DNA of 64,000 nt from Boseongicola sp. (GTDB taxonomy: Bacteria > Pseudomonadota > Alphaproteobacteria > Rhodobacterales > Rhodobacteraceae), in the NCBI GenBank assembly GCA_965267405.1, contig OZ253954.1:1593070-1657069 (forward strand). Reading direction: 5' to 3'. The number at the start of each line of letters is the position of its first letter. The first letter of the stretch is position 1. Positions 8,929-18,480 of the stretch are shown in pieces. Below the pieces are notes generated by a model. That model saw only the letters and a list, made by a program, of their open reading frames with translations. It made no database searches and was not told the origin of the DNA. A program made the translations under genes and the position numbers.

Positions 8929-10935
8929 ATGTTGAAAACCCTCGCGGTTCTCACGATTTGCTGTGTGACCGCGCTGCCACTTGCAGCGCAGGCAGACGCG
9001 TCGTCTGACGCGCTGGCGGCTGCCATGGCCAACGTCCGCGAAGGCGAATGGAACGATGCAATCACGGAAGCGCGTGGTGCGGGTCCGATTGGAAGTGACA
9101 TCGTTGAATGGCACCGCCTGCGGGCCGGACAAGGAACATTCAACGACACTGTGGCGTTCCTTTATCGACATGCCGATTGGCCCGGGCTGAAACTCCTCAG
9201 AAAGCGGAGCGAACGCAATGTGCCGTTGGGCCGACGTCCCGACGACGTTCTGGCATTCTTTGCCGACCAACCACCCCAAAGCGGTGTCGGGTCCGTTGCC
9301 CTGATCTCGGCTCTTGCAAGCAAAGGGCGCAACGACGAAGCAAATAAGGAAGCCAAACGGGCATGGACCACCTTCGTATTGTCTTCAACGGATGAAGCGT
9401 GGCTCCTGAAGCGATACGAAAGTGAACTTGAACAGCTACATGTCGAGCGCTTGGACATGTTGCTGTGGCGGAATGCGGAAACAGCCGCACGTCGAATGTT
9501 TGATCGGGTCAGTTCAGGGCAGCGCCGATTGGCAGAAGCTCGACTTGCACTTCGCGGCAACAAGAAAGGTGTCGACGGTCTTGTCGGCAAAGTCCCGTCT
9601 GCCCTAAGCGATGATCCCGGACTTGCGTTTGAACGCATGCAATGGCGGGCCCGCAAAGGGCGCAACAAGGACGCGATCGAGCTCTTGTTGTCGCAAAGCC
9701 AGGAAGAGCTAGGCAATGCTTCGGCCTGGGCTGGCTGGCGACGTAGCTTTGCCCGATCAGAAATGCGGGCTGGCCGCACCGAAACCGCCTACAAATTGGC
9801 CTCGGCACACGGGCTGACTGAAGGATCGCATTTTGCAGATTTGGAGTGGCTGGCTGGTTATCTGGCGCTTCGCTATCAGAAAGATGGTGAAAAAGCGCTG
9901 CAACACTTTCTACGATTTCGCGGCGCGGTAGAGACACCCATTTCGCTTGGGCGTGCCGGATACTGGGAAGGCCGTGCACACGAGTTACTGGGCGATCAAG
10001 ATACAGCGCGTTTGGCCTATCTCTTCGGGGCCGAGTATCAGACCAGTTTCTATGGACTTTTGGCCGCTGAAAAGGCTGGCAAGCCACTTGATCCCGAATT
10101 TGTTCAGACGCCGCCAACACCTGATCTGGCGTCGACGTCGTTTGACAAAAGCACTGTACTCAAGGCTGCAAAGTTGTTGCTGGCTGCGGGAGAGCGCGAT
10201 CTGGGCGAGCGGTTTTTGACCCACTTGACCGAGTCACTTGAGAAATCCGAAATTGAACAATTGGCGGCGTATGTCATTGAGCAGGGTGATCCGCACATTG
10301 CCGTCATGATTGGTAAGCGCGCCGCGTCTCAGGCGATTGTCGTACCCTTCGCCTATTTTGCCTTGAACGACTTTGGACTAACCGAAATTCCCGTTCCTGA
10401 AGAACTGGCATTGGCCATTGCTCGGCGTGAAAGCGAGTTTGATCATCTGGTAACAAGTGGTGCCGGTGCGCAGGGCCTGATGCAGGTAATGCCGAAGACG
10501 GCGCGCGGTGTGGCTGAATACCTTGAAATTCCCTACAACCGAACGCGCCTTCTGGAAGATCCTATCTACAATGCACGCATCGGCACAGCTTATCTGGATG
10601 AGCTGATGGAGATTTTCGATGGGAATATGGTAATGGTTTCAGCCGGTTATAACGCAGGCCCTGGAAGACCGTTATCGTGGATGGAGCGTTTGGGTGACCC
10701 AAGAACAGGTCGCGTGGATGTCGTCGACTGGATCGAGCACATCCCGTTTGACGAAACCCGGAATTACGTGATGCGGGTGATGGAAAGCATTCCGATCTAT
10801 CGTGCTCGACTGTCTGGTGATCTTGGGCCTGTAGAGTTCACTGCACTGTTGCTTGATCAATCTGGCCACCCGCGCCGGGCAACCAAAGGCACATTCGTGC
10901 GACCGCGTGCCCGTCCAGAGCCACTGACCGACTGA
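8929..10935 (+). CDS. slt: soluble lytic murein transglycosylase (Slt family)
   Basis: Signal peptide MLKTLAVLTICCVTALPLAAQA, a long helical superhelix region, and a C-terminal SLT domain with RRESEFD...GAQGLMQVMP...AGYNAGPG. The start is trimmed to ATG 8929. Confidence 0.85.
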   Translation: MLKTLAVLTICCVTALPLAAQADASSDALAAAMANVREGEWNDAITEARGAGPIGSDIVEWHRLRAGQGTFNDTVAFLYRHADWPGLKLLRKRSERNVPLGRRPDDVLAFFADQPPQSGVGSVALISALASKGRNDEANKEAKRAWTTFVLSSTDEAWLLKRYESELEQLHVERLDMLLWRNAETAARRMFDRVSSGQRRLAEARLALRGNKKGVDGLVGKVPSALSDDPGLAFERMQWRARKGRNKDAIELLLSQSQEELGNASAWAGWRRSFARSEMRAGRTETAYKLASAHGLTEGSHFADLEWLAGYLALRYQKDGEKALQHFLRFRGAVETPISLGRAGYWEGRAHELLGDQDTARLAYLFGAEYQTSFYGLLAAEKAGKPLDPEFVQTPPTPDLASTSFDKSTVLKAAKLLLAAGERDLGERFLTHLTESLEKSEIEQLAAYVIEQGDPHIAVMIGKRAASQAIVVPFAYFALNDFGLTEIPVPEELALAIARRESEFDHLVTSGAGAQGLMQVMPKTARGVAEYLEIPYNRTRLLEDPIYNARIGTAYLDELMEIFDGNMVMVSAGYNAGPGRPLSWMERLGDPRTGRVDVVDWIEHIPFDETRNYVMRVMESIPIYRARLSGDLGPVEFTALLLDQSGHPRRATKGTFVRPRARPEPLTD

Positions 10936-10937
10936 CG

Positions 10938-12206
10938 TTACCTTAACGCTCTGCCCTTTACGATGGCTTCCGGGCCAAAACGTTCGCGGATCTTGTCTGT
11001 TGCGCGCTCAGCCCCGGCGCGCGCTGAAGCTCCCGGGTCAAGCAGATCGCCGCCGCTATCCGCGGTATCGGCTGGACCGATATGAGAGATTCCCACCCCG
11101 ACCAATCGAAACGGGCCTTCTCCTGAAACTTGGTCGAACAGAGCGCGGGCTGTGCGGTAAATGCGATCAGCAATTTGAGTTGGGTCGGTCAGTGTTGTTC
11201 GTTTTGTGACCAACGAATGATTTGCACGCTTGAGTTTGAGCGTGACAACACGACCAGCCATGTCCTTCGCCTTTGCCCTGTCGGCCACGTTTTCGGACAA
11301 GCGCCAGATATGACCATCGAGTATATCGGTGTCGGCGGTGTCTTCGCCGAAAGTCGTTTCGTTTGAGATCGACTTGACCGGTGAATGGGCCGATACCCTT
11401 CTGCGATCCTGGCCTCGCGCCAGGTGCCAAAGCCGATCACCCATAGAGCCAAAGCGCGCGGCCAAATCCTCTCTCTCCCATCGAAGCAAATCGGCAAAAC
11501 TGCGGATGCCTGCTTTCTCAAGTGCAACCTTCGTTTGCGTACCCACACCCCAAATCAAGCTAACCGGTTTGTCGTGAAGGAATTCCGCAGTTTCCGCGGC
11601 ACCGATCACGGAAAATCCCCGCGGCTTGTCGAGGTCAGAGGCGACTTTGGCTAGGAACTTGTTATGCGACAGTCCGATCGAACCGCTCAAACCCAGCTCG
11701 TCTTCCATGCGCTTGGTTAGCCGGGCAAGCATGACCGCTGGTGGAGCGCCATGCAGTCGTGCCGTTCCGGTTAAATCCATGAAGGCTTCATCCAGCGACA
11801 GTGGTTCAACCACAGGACTAAGTTCGTCCATCATTGCGCGAATTTCCCGGCTCGCCTCGGCATAGGCACTCATTCGGCCCTTAACGACGACAGCGTCTGG
11901 GCAGAGTTTAAGCGCCTGAAACATCGGCATGGCCGAGCGGACACCGCGAATGCGCGCAATGTAGCAGGCGGTTGACACAACCCCGCGCCGACCCCCGCCA
12001 ATGATCACCGGTTTATCGCGAAGTGATGGATCGTCCCGCTTTTCGACACTTGCGTAAAAGGCATCGCAATCCATATGCGCAATGCTCAGGTCGAACAGTT
12101 CGGGGTGCGAAATTACCCGTGGACGCCCGCAACTCGGACAGCGAGAGCCATCTTCAAATGTTGTTAAACAGTCTCGGCAAAGCGCGGGCATTTGGAATGT
12201 GTCCAT
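10938..12206 (-). CDS. dinB: DNA polymerase IV (Y-family) with an N-terminal Cys4 zinc-ribbon extension
   Basis: IAHMDCDAFYASVEKRDDP..KPVIIGG, SLDEAFMDLTG and GLSHNKFLAKVASD are DinB motifs. The N-terminal CRDC...CPSCG extension is typical of alphaproteobacterial DinB. The start is ambiguous between 12206 and 12191. Confidence 0.88.
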   Translation of the reverse strand: MDTFQMPALCRDCLTTFEDGSRCPSCGRPRVISHPELFDLSIAHMDCDAFYASVEKRDDPSLRDKPVIIGGGRRGVVSTACYIARIRGVRSAMPMFQALKLCPDAVVVKGRMSAYAEASREIRAMMDELSPVVEPLSLDEAFMDLTGTARLHGAPPAVMLARLTKRMEDELGLSGSIGLSHNKFLAKVASDLDKPRGFSVIGAAETAEFLHDKPVSLIWGVGTQTKVALEKAGIRSFADLLRWEREDLAARFGSMGDRLWHLARGQDRRRVSAHSPVKSISNETTFGEDTADTDILDGHIWRLSENVADRAKAKDMAGRVVTLKLKRANHSLVTKRTTLTDPTQIADRIYRTARALFDQVSGEGPFRLVGVGISHIGPADTADSGGDLLDPGASARAGAERATDKIRERFGPEAIVKGRALR

Positions 12207-12243
12207 GATAGCCTGCCACCAATGTACCGAAGGAGCCGCCAAG

Positions 12244-12651
12244 GTGACACCCCCGTTTAACGGTGCCAAGCTAGCTATCCTTGTGAAAGATCAAGTGGTC
12301 ACCATACTTCGCGACGATAAACCGGGCTTGGCCTGGCCAGGGTATTGGGACCTTCCCGGAGGCGGACGCGAAGGTTCAGAAACTCCGATAGAAACCGCAA
12401 TCCGGGAGACCAAGGAAGAAATCGGCGTCAATATCGACAGAGAATTGGTCTCCTACAGCGCGACCTACCCGGCGGGCGATAGCGTGGTGTGGTTTTTCGT
12501 GGCCGAGGCGCCGGACTTTGGCGTAGCTGACATCGTTTTTGGGAACGAAGGCCAATGCTGGCGTCTTGCCCCGACAAAGTGGTTTTTAGAGCACCGTCGC
12601 GCTATCCCACACCTACAGGATCGCTTGAACAATTATCTGAGGGAAAGATGA
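12244..12651 (+). CDS. NUDIX hydrolase
   Basis: Nudix box GGGREGSETPIETAIRETKEEIGV. The start is placed at GTG 12244, 8 nt after GAAGGAG. The ORF-track start at 12082 would lie inside dinB. Confidence 0.8.
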   Translation: MTPPFNGAKLAILVKDQVVTILRDDKPGLAWPGYWDLPGGGREGSETPIETAIRETKEEIGVNIDRELVSYSATYPAGDSVVWFFVAEAPDFGVADIVFGNEGQCWRLAPTKWFLEHRRAIPHLQDRLNNYLRER

Positions 12652-12953
12652 GCCTTGAACGCATTGCGTGCCGAACTCCGAACGCGGACGGCATTACAAA
12701 TATTCCTGTCTGGAAGTTTGATGTCATTCGCGTCGCGATAATCAATGCCATCACAGATGCAGGTCAGGACGGACTTTTGTTTTCCGAACTGACTGGTGAG
12801 GTAAGAAAACGCCTTTCCGCCAGTGAATTGAAGGACTTGGGATCAGTTGGGTGGCACACAACAACGGTAAAACTTGAGCTTGAGGTCAGAGGTGAGATCG
12901 ACCGTGTTGCGGGAAAGTCACCTCAGCGGTTGTTTCTTGTTGGGAAACAGTAA
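12648..12953 (+). CDS. hypothetical small protein (possible winged-helix fold)
   Basis: The ATG at 12648 overlaps the NUDIX stop codon (ATGA). 101 aa, reading MSLERIACRTPNADGITNIPVWKFDVIRVAIINAI.... GC content is visibly lower than in the neighbouring genes. Confidence 0.55.
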   Translation: MSLERIACRTPNADGITNIPVWKFDVIRVAIINAITDAGQDGLLFSELTGEVRKRLSASELKDLGSVGWHTTTVKLELEVRGEIDRVAGKSPQRLFLVGKQ

Positions 12954-13017
12954 GTCATTGAAATGACACAATCCCTTACCCATATGCCGATCACGGGGGT
13001 GTGATTGGAAGGGTAAA

Positions 13018-13908
13018 ATGATCGAAGAAATTTTTGACGCATTGGGCGGCGGTGGTATCGCCATTCTGCTGGTCGCGGCTTTCATTCTTCTTTGTATCTA
13101 TCTTGGTGTTCGCATCGTGTCTCAGTCTGAGAAACACGTGGTCGAACGCTTTGGTCGGCTGAGAACTGTTCTTGGACCAGGCATCAACTTCATCGTGCCA
13201 TTTCTGGACCGCGTGGCGCACCAGATCTCAATTCTTGAGCGGCAGTTGCCAAACGCCAGCCAGGACGCGATTACGGCCGACAACGTTTTGGTTCAGGTCG
13301 AAACAAGCGTCTTCTATCGCATCACTGAACCCGAAAAGACGGTATACCGTATCCGTGACGTCGACGCAGCTATTGCAACGACGGTCGCAGGTATTGTCCG
13401 TGCAGAAATTGGTAAAATGGAACTGGACGAAGTGCAGGCGAACCGTGCTGCGCTGATTTCAACCATCAAAGCCAGCGTCGAAGATGCCGTGGACAACTGG
13501 GGTATTGAAGTGACCCGTGCCGAAATCCTTGACGTGAACTTGGATCAGGCAACGCGGGATGCGATGCTTCAGCAGCTGAACGCTGAACGTGAACGTCGTG
13601 CGCAAGTGACCCGTGCTGAAGGACAGAAGCGCGCGGTCGAACTGGAATCCGACGCCGAGCTATACGCGGCCGAACAGCAGGCCAAAGCCCGCCGGGTTCA
13701 GGCCGAAGCGGAAGCCTATGCGACAAGCGTAGTGGCCGAGGCCATTCAACAGAATGGTTTGGAAGCTGCACAGTACCAAGTCGCGCTTAAGCAGGTTGAG
13801 GCTTTGAACGCCTTGGGCGCAAGCCCTTCCGCCTCAACGGTCGTTGTTCCTGCGAACGCTCTGGAAGCCTTTGGCGACGCGTTCAAGATGCTGCGGGGTC
13901 GTTCGTAA
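13018..13908 (+). CDS. SPFH/band-7 (stomatin/QmcA-like) membrane protein
   Basis: N-terminal TM helix, an SPFH core (VVERFGR...GPGINFIVPFLDRV...ITADNV...V...VFYRI), and a C-terminal Ala/Glu-rich coiled coil. Confidence 0.9.
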   Translation: MIEEIFDALGGGGIAILLVAAFILLCIYLGVRIVSQSEKHVVERFGRLRTVLGPGINFIVPFLDRVAHQISILERQLPNASQDAITADNVLVQVETSVFYRITEPEKTVYRIRDVDAAIATTVAGIVRAEIGKMELDEVQANRAALISTIKASVEDAVDNWGIEVTRAEILDVNLDQATRDAMLQQLNAERERRAQVTRAEGQKRAVELESDAELYAAEQQAKARRVQAEAEAYATSVVAEAIQQNGLEAAQYQVALKQVEALNALGASPSASTVVVPANALEAFGDAFKMLRGRS

Positions 13909-14195
13909 TGCCCGAGATGGTTTGGTCAATTTGGTGGGTTTGGATCATCGGCGCGCTTCTTCTTGGAGCACTTGAAGTTGTCGCCCCAGCGCAAATTCTG
14001 CTTGGATTTGCAGTTGGTGCGCTGGGCGTCGGACTGGGCCTGCTTGCAGGTGTCCCAGGGTTATCAACATCGTTGCCTCTGATCAGTATCGTATTTGCGG
14101 CTTTGTCTCTGATCGCCTGGATCGTGATCCGTCGCATGGTTGGTGTTCGCGAAGGTCAGGTCAAAGTCTGGGATCGCGATATCAACGAGGATTGA
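13908..14195 (+). CDS. small NfeD-like membrane protein
   Basis: The ATG overlaps the SPFH stop codon (TAATG). 95 aa with three hydrophobic helices and a short C-terminal tail (REGQVKVWDRDI). Context next to an SPFH gene suggests NfeD. Confidence 0.55.
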   Translation: MPEMVWSIWWVWIIGALLLGALEVVAPAQILLGFAVGALGVGLGLLAGVPGLSTSLPLISIVFAALSLIAWIVIRRMVGVREGQVKVWDRDINED

Positions 14196-14199
14196 TCGC

Positions 14200-14970
14200 G
14201 TGAACTCTCGTGTGGTGAAAATCCTGCTCTTCGGGGTGGGCTCGCTCATGGCGGTGACGCTGGCGGTGGTCGCCTTTGTTCCCGACATCGACGTGCGCAT
14301 CCCGGAAACTCAGGTCCGGGATGCTATCGAAGAACGGCTGCCGATCAACGCCGATCTGGATGAAGACATCAAAGTCAGCGTGAACGACGCAAACGTCGAT
14401 TTCCGTAGTGGCGGTGAAAAGGGTAATGTTGGCATCTTTGTCGAAACCGAGATGTCTGGCTTCGGGCTTTCGGCCAAAGCGACTGCCAACACCTACACCG
14501 CAATACGCTACGAGGAAGGGGCGTTCTATCTGACCGACCTGAAGTTGGACGATCTGGAGGTCAAACCAAGTCTTGCAACCAAAGCCAAGCTGGCTGCGCT
14601 TAGAACTGCGCTGGCAACGTTTTTGGACGAGCTTGAGATCGAGTTGGAAGACTCAGGTAACATTGAGGCGCTGAATAATCTCAGAGATCTACGAACGACT
14701 ATCGGTCCGGTCCTTCGCGCAACATTGGACGAAAACCTTGGAAAGATCCCGGTGTATCGACTTCAAGGTGATGCCAAGAAAAACGCTGCGCGCCTTATCC
14801 TGAAGGACATTTCGTTCAACGGCGACGAAGCCATTGCCACCCTGTCGCCGGCGCAAGCAATGATCAAAATTGCCAGCTTCGTCATAGGCGGGCTCGTCTG
14901 CTTGCTTCTTCTTTGGGAATACGCACGGATTCAGCGGGAGCTTGAACCATCCGAAGATCGCGTCAGCTGA
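14200..14970 (+). CDS. hypothetical membrane-anchored protein (DUF1439-like by recollection)
   Basis: GTG start at 14200, just after the NfeD-like stop. N-terminal TM (VKILLFGVGSLMAVTLAVVAFV), a soluble middle region, and a C-terminal TM (IASFVIGGLVCLLLLW). Confidence 0.5.
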   Translation: MNSRVVKILLFGVGSLMAVTLAVVAFVPDIDVRIPETQVRDAIEERLPINADLDEDIKVSVNDANVDFRSGGEKGNVGIFVETEMSGFGLSAKATANTYTAIRYEEGAFYLTDLKLDDLEVKPSLATKAKLAALRTALATFLDELEIELEDSGNIEALNNLRDLRTTIGPVLRATLDENLGKIPVYRLQGDAKKNAARLILKDISFNGDEAIATLSPAQAMIKIASFVIGGLVCLLLLWEYARIQRELEPSEDRVS

Positions 14971-16146
14971 TTATTGAAGATCTGAAAACGCGCGTTCAAT
15001 CCGCGAAATAGCTTCCAGCAAAGTAGGTCTCGGAAGAGCCAAATTGAATCGCATATGGCCGGTGCCGCCTAACTCAAACTGCGTGCCTGGGCTTGGCGCA
15101 ACTTTGGCTTCAGTGACCAGACGTTTTATCAGTTCGGCGTCTGACATTCCAAGGTCGGTAAAGTCGACCCAGCTAAGGTAAGTCGATTGCATGTCCATGA
15201 CGCGCACACCAGGAAGTGCGCTCATGCGTTCGGCGAAGATACGAAAGTTCTCTGCAAGATACTCTCGGGCGGCATCAATCCAGTCATCGCATTCGGTGAA
15301 AGCCGCTTTGATCATCATCATAGCAAATCGGTTTGGTGACGATTCCCGATCCATCATGACTGCATCCAGTTTGCGGCGCATTTTCTCGTCCGGGATGATC
15401 GCCAGCCCAGTTTCGCCACCGGCAATGTTGAACGCCTTGGACGCGGCGTTCAGGACCACGGTGCGATCCATATGTTCCGGAGCGGCAATGCCGATAGGAG
15501 TGAACTTTGCGCCCGGGAAACACAGGTCCATGTGGATCTCGTCCGAGATCAGGATCAAGTCATGCGCGGCGCAGAAGTCGGCAACGGCTTTCAGTTCATC
15601 GGCGCTCCATATTCTGCCGCCGGGATTATGTGGCGAGCAAAGCGTCATGATCTTTTCGTTACCGGTCAGCATCCCGGACAGCATGTCCAGATCCATGTGA
15701 AAGATGCCGTCGCGTTCAACAAGTGGGCATTGAAGCGCTGTCCGCCCCATCGCGCGCAACTTGCGGAAAAAGGCATGGTAAACCGGCGAGAACGTGATCA
15801 CCGCATCGCCGGGTTCCGAGTAGGCGGCCAACACATCCGCATATCCGCTGATGACGCCATGGGTGTAACGAACCGCCTCGGGGTCGAAGCTCCAACCGTG
15901 GCGCCGCTGATACCAGTCAGCCACAGACTGCGAAACAGGCGTTGGGTTGGTGAAATAGCCAAAATAGCCCCGATCCAGTTCCACCTGAAGCGCTGCACGA
16001 ATGGCGGGAGCCGCTGGAAAATCCATGTCAGCCACCCACATCGGGATGACACCCTCACCATCAACGCCAAACATCTTTTCGATGCCGTCGTACTTGCTGC
16101 AATGCGTCCCGCGCAGCTCAAGTTGCGTATCGAAATCGAAATCCAT
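14971..16146 (-). CDS. PLP-dependent MalY/PatB-type cystathionine beta-lyase/aminotransferase
   Basis: MDFDFDTQLELRGTHCSKYD...MWVADMDF...CSPHNPGGR...NAASKAFNIAG (PLP lysine) follow the class I/II aminotransferase MalY/PatB pattern. Confidence 0.85.
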   Translation of the reverse strand: MDFDFDTQLELRGTHCSKYDGIEKMFGVDGEGVIPMWVADMDFPAAPAIRAALQVELDRGYFGYFTNPTPVSQSVADWYQRRHGWSFDPEAVRYTHGVISGYADVLAAYSEPGDAVITFSPVYHAFFRKLRAMGRTALQCPLVERDGIFHMDLDMLSGMLTGNEKIMTLCSPHNPGGRIWSADELKAVADFCAAHDLILISDEIHMDLCFPGAKFTPIGIAAPEHMDRTVVLNAASKAFNIAGGETGLAIIPDEKMRRKLDAVMMDRESSPNRFAMMMIKAAFTECDDWIDAAREYLAENFRIFAERMSALPGVRVMDMQSTYLSWVDFTDLGMSDAELIKRLVTEAKVAPSPGTQFELGGTGHMRFNLALPRPTLLEAISRIERAFSDLQ

Positions 16147-16245
16147 TTCGAAGCCTTTCCTCATCCGCGCGAGACCCTATCGCGCAGTGCGACAGGTGCA
16201 ACCCCATCTCTTGCCCATGCAGCGGGCATGACATAGATGATCGGC

Positions 16246-16767
16246 ATGACGAAACGCACGATCCTGATCCATCCGGACCCACGACTCAAAAAGGTTACGG
16301 ACCCAATCGCCGAGGTAAACGACGACATTCGCCGTTTGGCCGACGATATGCTTGAAACAATGTACGATGCGCCAGGCATCGGACTTGCTGCGCCTCAGGT
16401 CGGCGTTATGTCGCGCATGCTTGTGATGGACTGCGTCAAGGAAGAGGACGTACCGCCACGCCCAATGGTGCTTGTTAACCCCGAAATCACGTGGTCATCG
16501 GATGAACTGAACACCTATGAAGAAGGGTGCCTGTCCATTCCGGATCAATATGCGGATGTAGAACGTCCCGCTGAAGTCGAGGTCAAATGGACAACCCTGG
16601 ATGGTGAGACCGCCCAAGAGAAATTTGATGGGTTGTGGGCTACATGTGTCCAGCACGAGATCGATCACCTCAACGGCAAACTGTTCATTGATTATCTCAA
16701 GCCATTGAAGCGCCAAATGATTACGCGAAAGATGCAAAAGCTGAAGCGCGAACGCGCACGGGTCTAA
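16246..16767 (+). CDS. def: peptide deformylase (canonical)
   Basis: All three PDF motifs are intact: GIGLAAPQVG, EGCLSIPD and QHEIDHLNG. The start could also be the ATG at 16237. Confidence 0.93.
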   Translation: MTKRTILIHPDPRLKKVTDPIAEVNDDIRRLADDMLETMYDAPGIGLAAPQVGVMSRMLVMDCVKEEDVPPRPMVLVNPEITWSSDELNTYEEGCLSIPDQYADVERPAEVEVKWTTLDGETAQEKFDGLWATCVQHEIDHLNGKLFIDYLKPLKRQMITRKMQKLKRERARV

Positions 16768-16773
16768 TTCAGC

Positions 16774-17271
16774 ATGACGGGAAGTCCGTTCATCCCTTGG
16801 CCTGATCCCAGATTGCAGATGAAAGCGGAAACGGTCGAAGTCGTGACCGACGAAACCCGCGAAACCCTCAAACACATGGTCGAGGTGATGGACGCGATGC
16901 CCGGCTATGGATTGGCCGCTCCGCAGATTGGCATATTGCAGCGCCTTGCAGTAGTCGATTGCTCGACCGAACGCGGACAGTCGGTGAAGTTAATCAACCC
17001 CATGATCGAACAGGCCTCGGACGAGCTTTTTGAGTGGAACGAGGCATCGCCAAACCTTCCCGGCGTGTCAGCGAAAATCAAACGTCCCGCCCGAGTTGTT
17101 GTTGCATTCACCGACATTGACGGAAATTCTGTTTCCGAAGAGTTCACCGATCTATGGGCGACAAGCGTGCAACATCAGATCGATCACCTTGACGGGAAAA
17201 TGTTTTTTGATCGGCTCAGTCGAACCCGACGGCAAATGCTGCTGAAGAAAGTCAGGAAAGCGTCGCGATGA
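16774..17271 (+). CDS. peptide deformylase-like paralog with degenerate active site
   Basis: PDF fold is recognisable ([10 protein letters not shown] retained). Motif 2 is EASPNLPG instead of EGCLSxP, and motif 3 is QHQIDHLDG instead of QHExDH. Confidence 0.8.
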   Translation: MTGSPFIPWPDPRLQMKAETVEVVTDETRETLKHMVEVMDAMPGYGLAAPQIGILQRLAVVDCSTERGQSVKLINPMIEQASDELFEWNEASPNLPGVSAKIKRPARVVVAFTDIDGNSVSEEFTDLWATSVQHQIDHLDGKMFFDRLSRTRRQMLLKKVRKASR

Positions 17272-18167
17272 AAGTTGTCTTCATGGGCACACCGGATTTT
17301 TCAGTTCCGGCACTGGATGCGTTGGTGAATGCTGGCCACTCGATCGTTGCAGTCTACACCCAGCCACCTCGCCCGGCTGGTCGCGGCAAGAAAGACAGAA
17401 AATCACCTGTACACGTCCGAGCAGATGAGCTGGGACTTGAGGTTCGCTGCCCCAAGAGTTTCAAAGTTGTTGGTGCGGAGAGCGACTTCGCTTCTTTGGA
17501 CGCCGACGTGGCAGTTGTTGTTGCTTACGGATTGATACTGCCTGTGCCGGTTTTGGTGGCACCCAAATTTGGCTGTCTGAACATCCACGCGTCTCTTTTG
17601 CCGCGTTGGCGCGGAGCCGCGCCAATTCATCGCGCAGTTATGGCCGGAGACTCCGAGACCGGCGTGTGCATCATGCAAATGGATCAAGGCCTGGATACCG
17701 GCCCAGTTCTGTTGCGCGAAGCGACCCCAATTGGCCCTGAAGATACCACCGGTGATTTGCACGACAGGTTGGCTAAAATGGGGTCCAGCTTGATTGTCGA
17801 TGCGATCGATCGCTTGGATGAACTTGAGCCGAAGGTCCAGCCGGAAGAAGGCGTGACCTACGCGGTCAAAATCGACAAAGCGGAAGCAAAGATCGACTGG
17901 AAACAGGCGGCTGAACATGTTGACCGTCAGATCCGGGCCCTGTCGCCGTTTCCTGGCGCGTGGACAGAAATCAACGGTGATCGTTTAAAGCTTCTTCGCT
18001 CTCGGGTTTCGCGTGGTGTCGGACAACCTGGCGAGCACCTTGGAAACTTCGAGATCGCATGTGGAAGTGGTTCGGTGCAGGTGATCGAAGCACAGAAATC
18101 CGGGAAACGACCAATGCAGGCCGACGTCGTGCTGCGCGGTCTCACGTTGCCACGCTATTTGGACTGA
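17268..18167 (+). CDS. fmt: methionyl-tRNA formyltransferase
   Basis: [16 protein letters not shown]......[30 protein letters not shown] and a C-terminal OB-like domain. The start overlaps the def-like stop codon. Confidence 0.95.
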   Translation: MKVVFMGTPDFSVPALDALVNAGHSIVAVYTQPPRPAGRGKKDRKSPVHVRADELGLEVRCPKSFKVVGAESDFASLDADVAVVVAYGLILPVPVLVAPKFGCLNIHASLLPRWRGAAPIHRAVMAGDSETGVCIMQMDQGLDTGPVLLREATPIGPEDTTGDLHDRLAKMGSSLIVDAIDRLDELEPKVQPEEGVTYAVKIDKAEAKIDWKQAAEHVDRQIRALSPFPGAWTEINGDRLKLLRSRVSRGVGQPGEHLGNFEIACGSGSVQVIEAQKSGKRPMQADVVLRGLTLPRYLD

Positions 18168-18224
18168 CCCTTTTCCAATTCGTTGAAGCCTCCTAAGTTG
18201 AAGGCAGCAACAAACAGGTGGGTT

Positions 18225-18479
18225 ATGTTCTTTTCGTTCTGGGGTTCCTTGGTGATTGGCGGTGTTGTCGCCTATCTGGCCGAGAAATGGGACTTTACGC
18301 ATCACGGAGTGCTTCAGGCGATCATTATCGCCCTCGGTGGCGTCATACTCCTTTTCATGGCCCGGGTTATGTTTGGAATTTCGTTTGGTTCGCCTGGCGT
18401 GAACGCAATTATTGGCGCTTTGGGCGCTCTGATCCTGATCCCGTCCGAAGCAATTTCACGGCGCCGTCGCCGCAAGTAA
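18225..18479 (+). CDS. GlsB/YeaQ/YmgE-type small stress membrane protein
   Basis: 84 aa with Gly-rich hydrophobic helices (WGSLVIGGVVAYLAEK..., IIALGGVILLF, IIGALGALIL). The ATG at 18225 follows AGGTGG. Confidence 0.6.
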   Translation: MFFSFWGSLVIGGVVAYLAEKWDFTHHGVLQAIIIALGGVILLFMARVMFGISFGSPGVNAIIGALGALILIPSEAISRRRRRK

Positions 18480-18480
18480 T

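Noticed and set aside
12207-12300. Search for an alphaproteobacterial LexA/SOS box (GTTC-N7-GTTC or GAAC-N7-GAAC) upstream of dinB
   Set aside because: No such direct repeat is visible in the region upstream of either candidate dinB start, so no SOS operator is claimed.
14968-14973. Convergent genes abutting stop-to-stop as TGATTA, here and again at 58901..58906. 4-nt convergent overlaps occur at 5075..5078 and 50455..50458.
   Set aside because: This is consistent with general genome compaction. The hexamer is simply TGA followed by the reverse complement of TAA. There is no evidence for a specific element.
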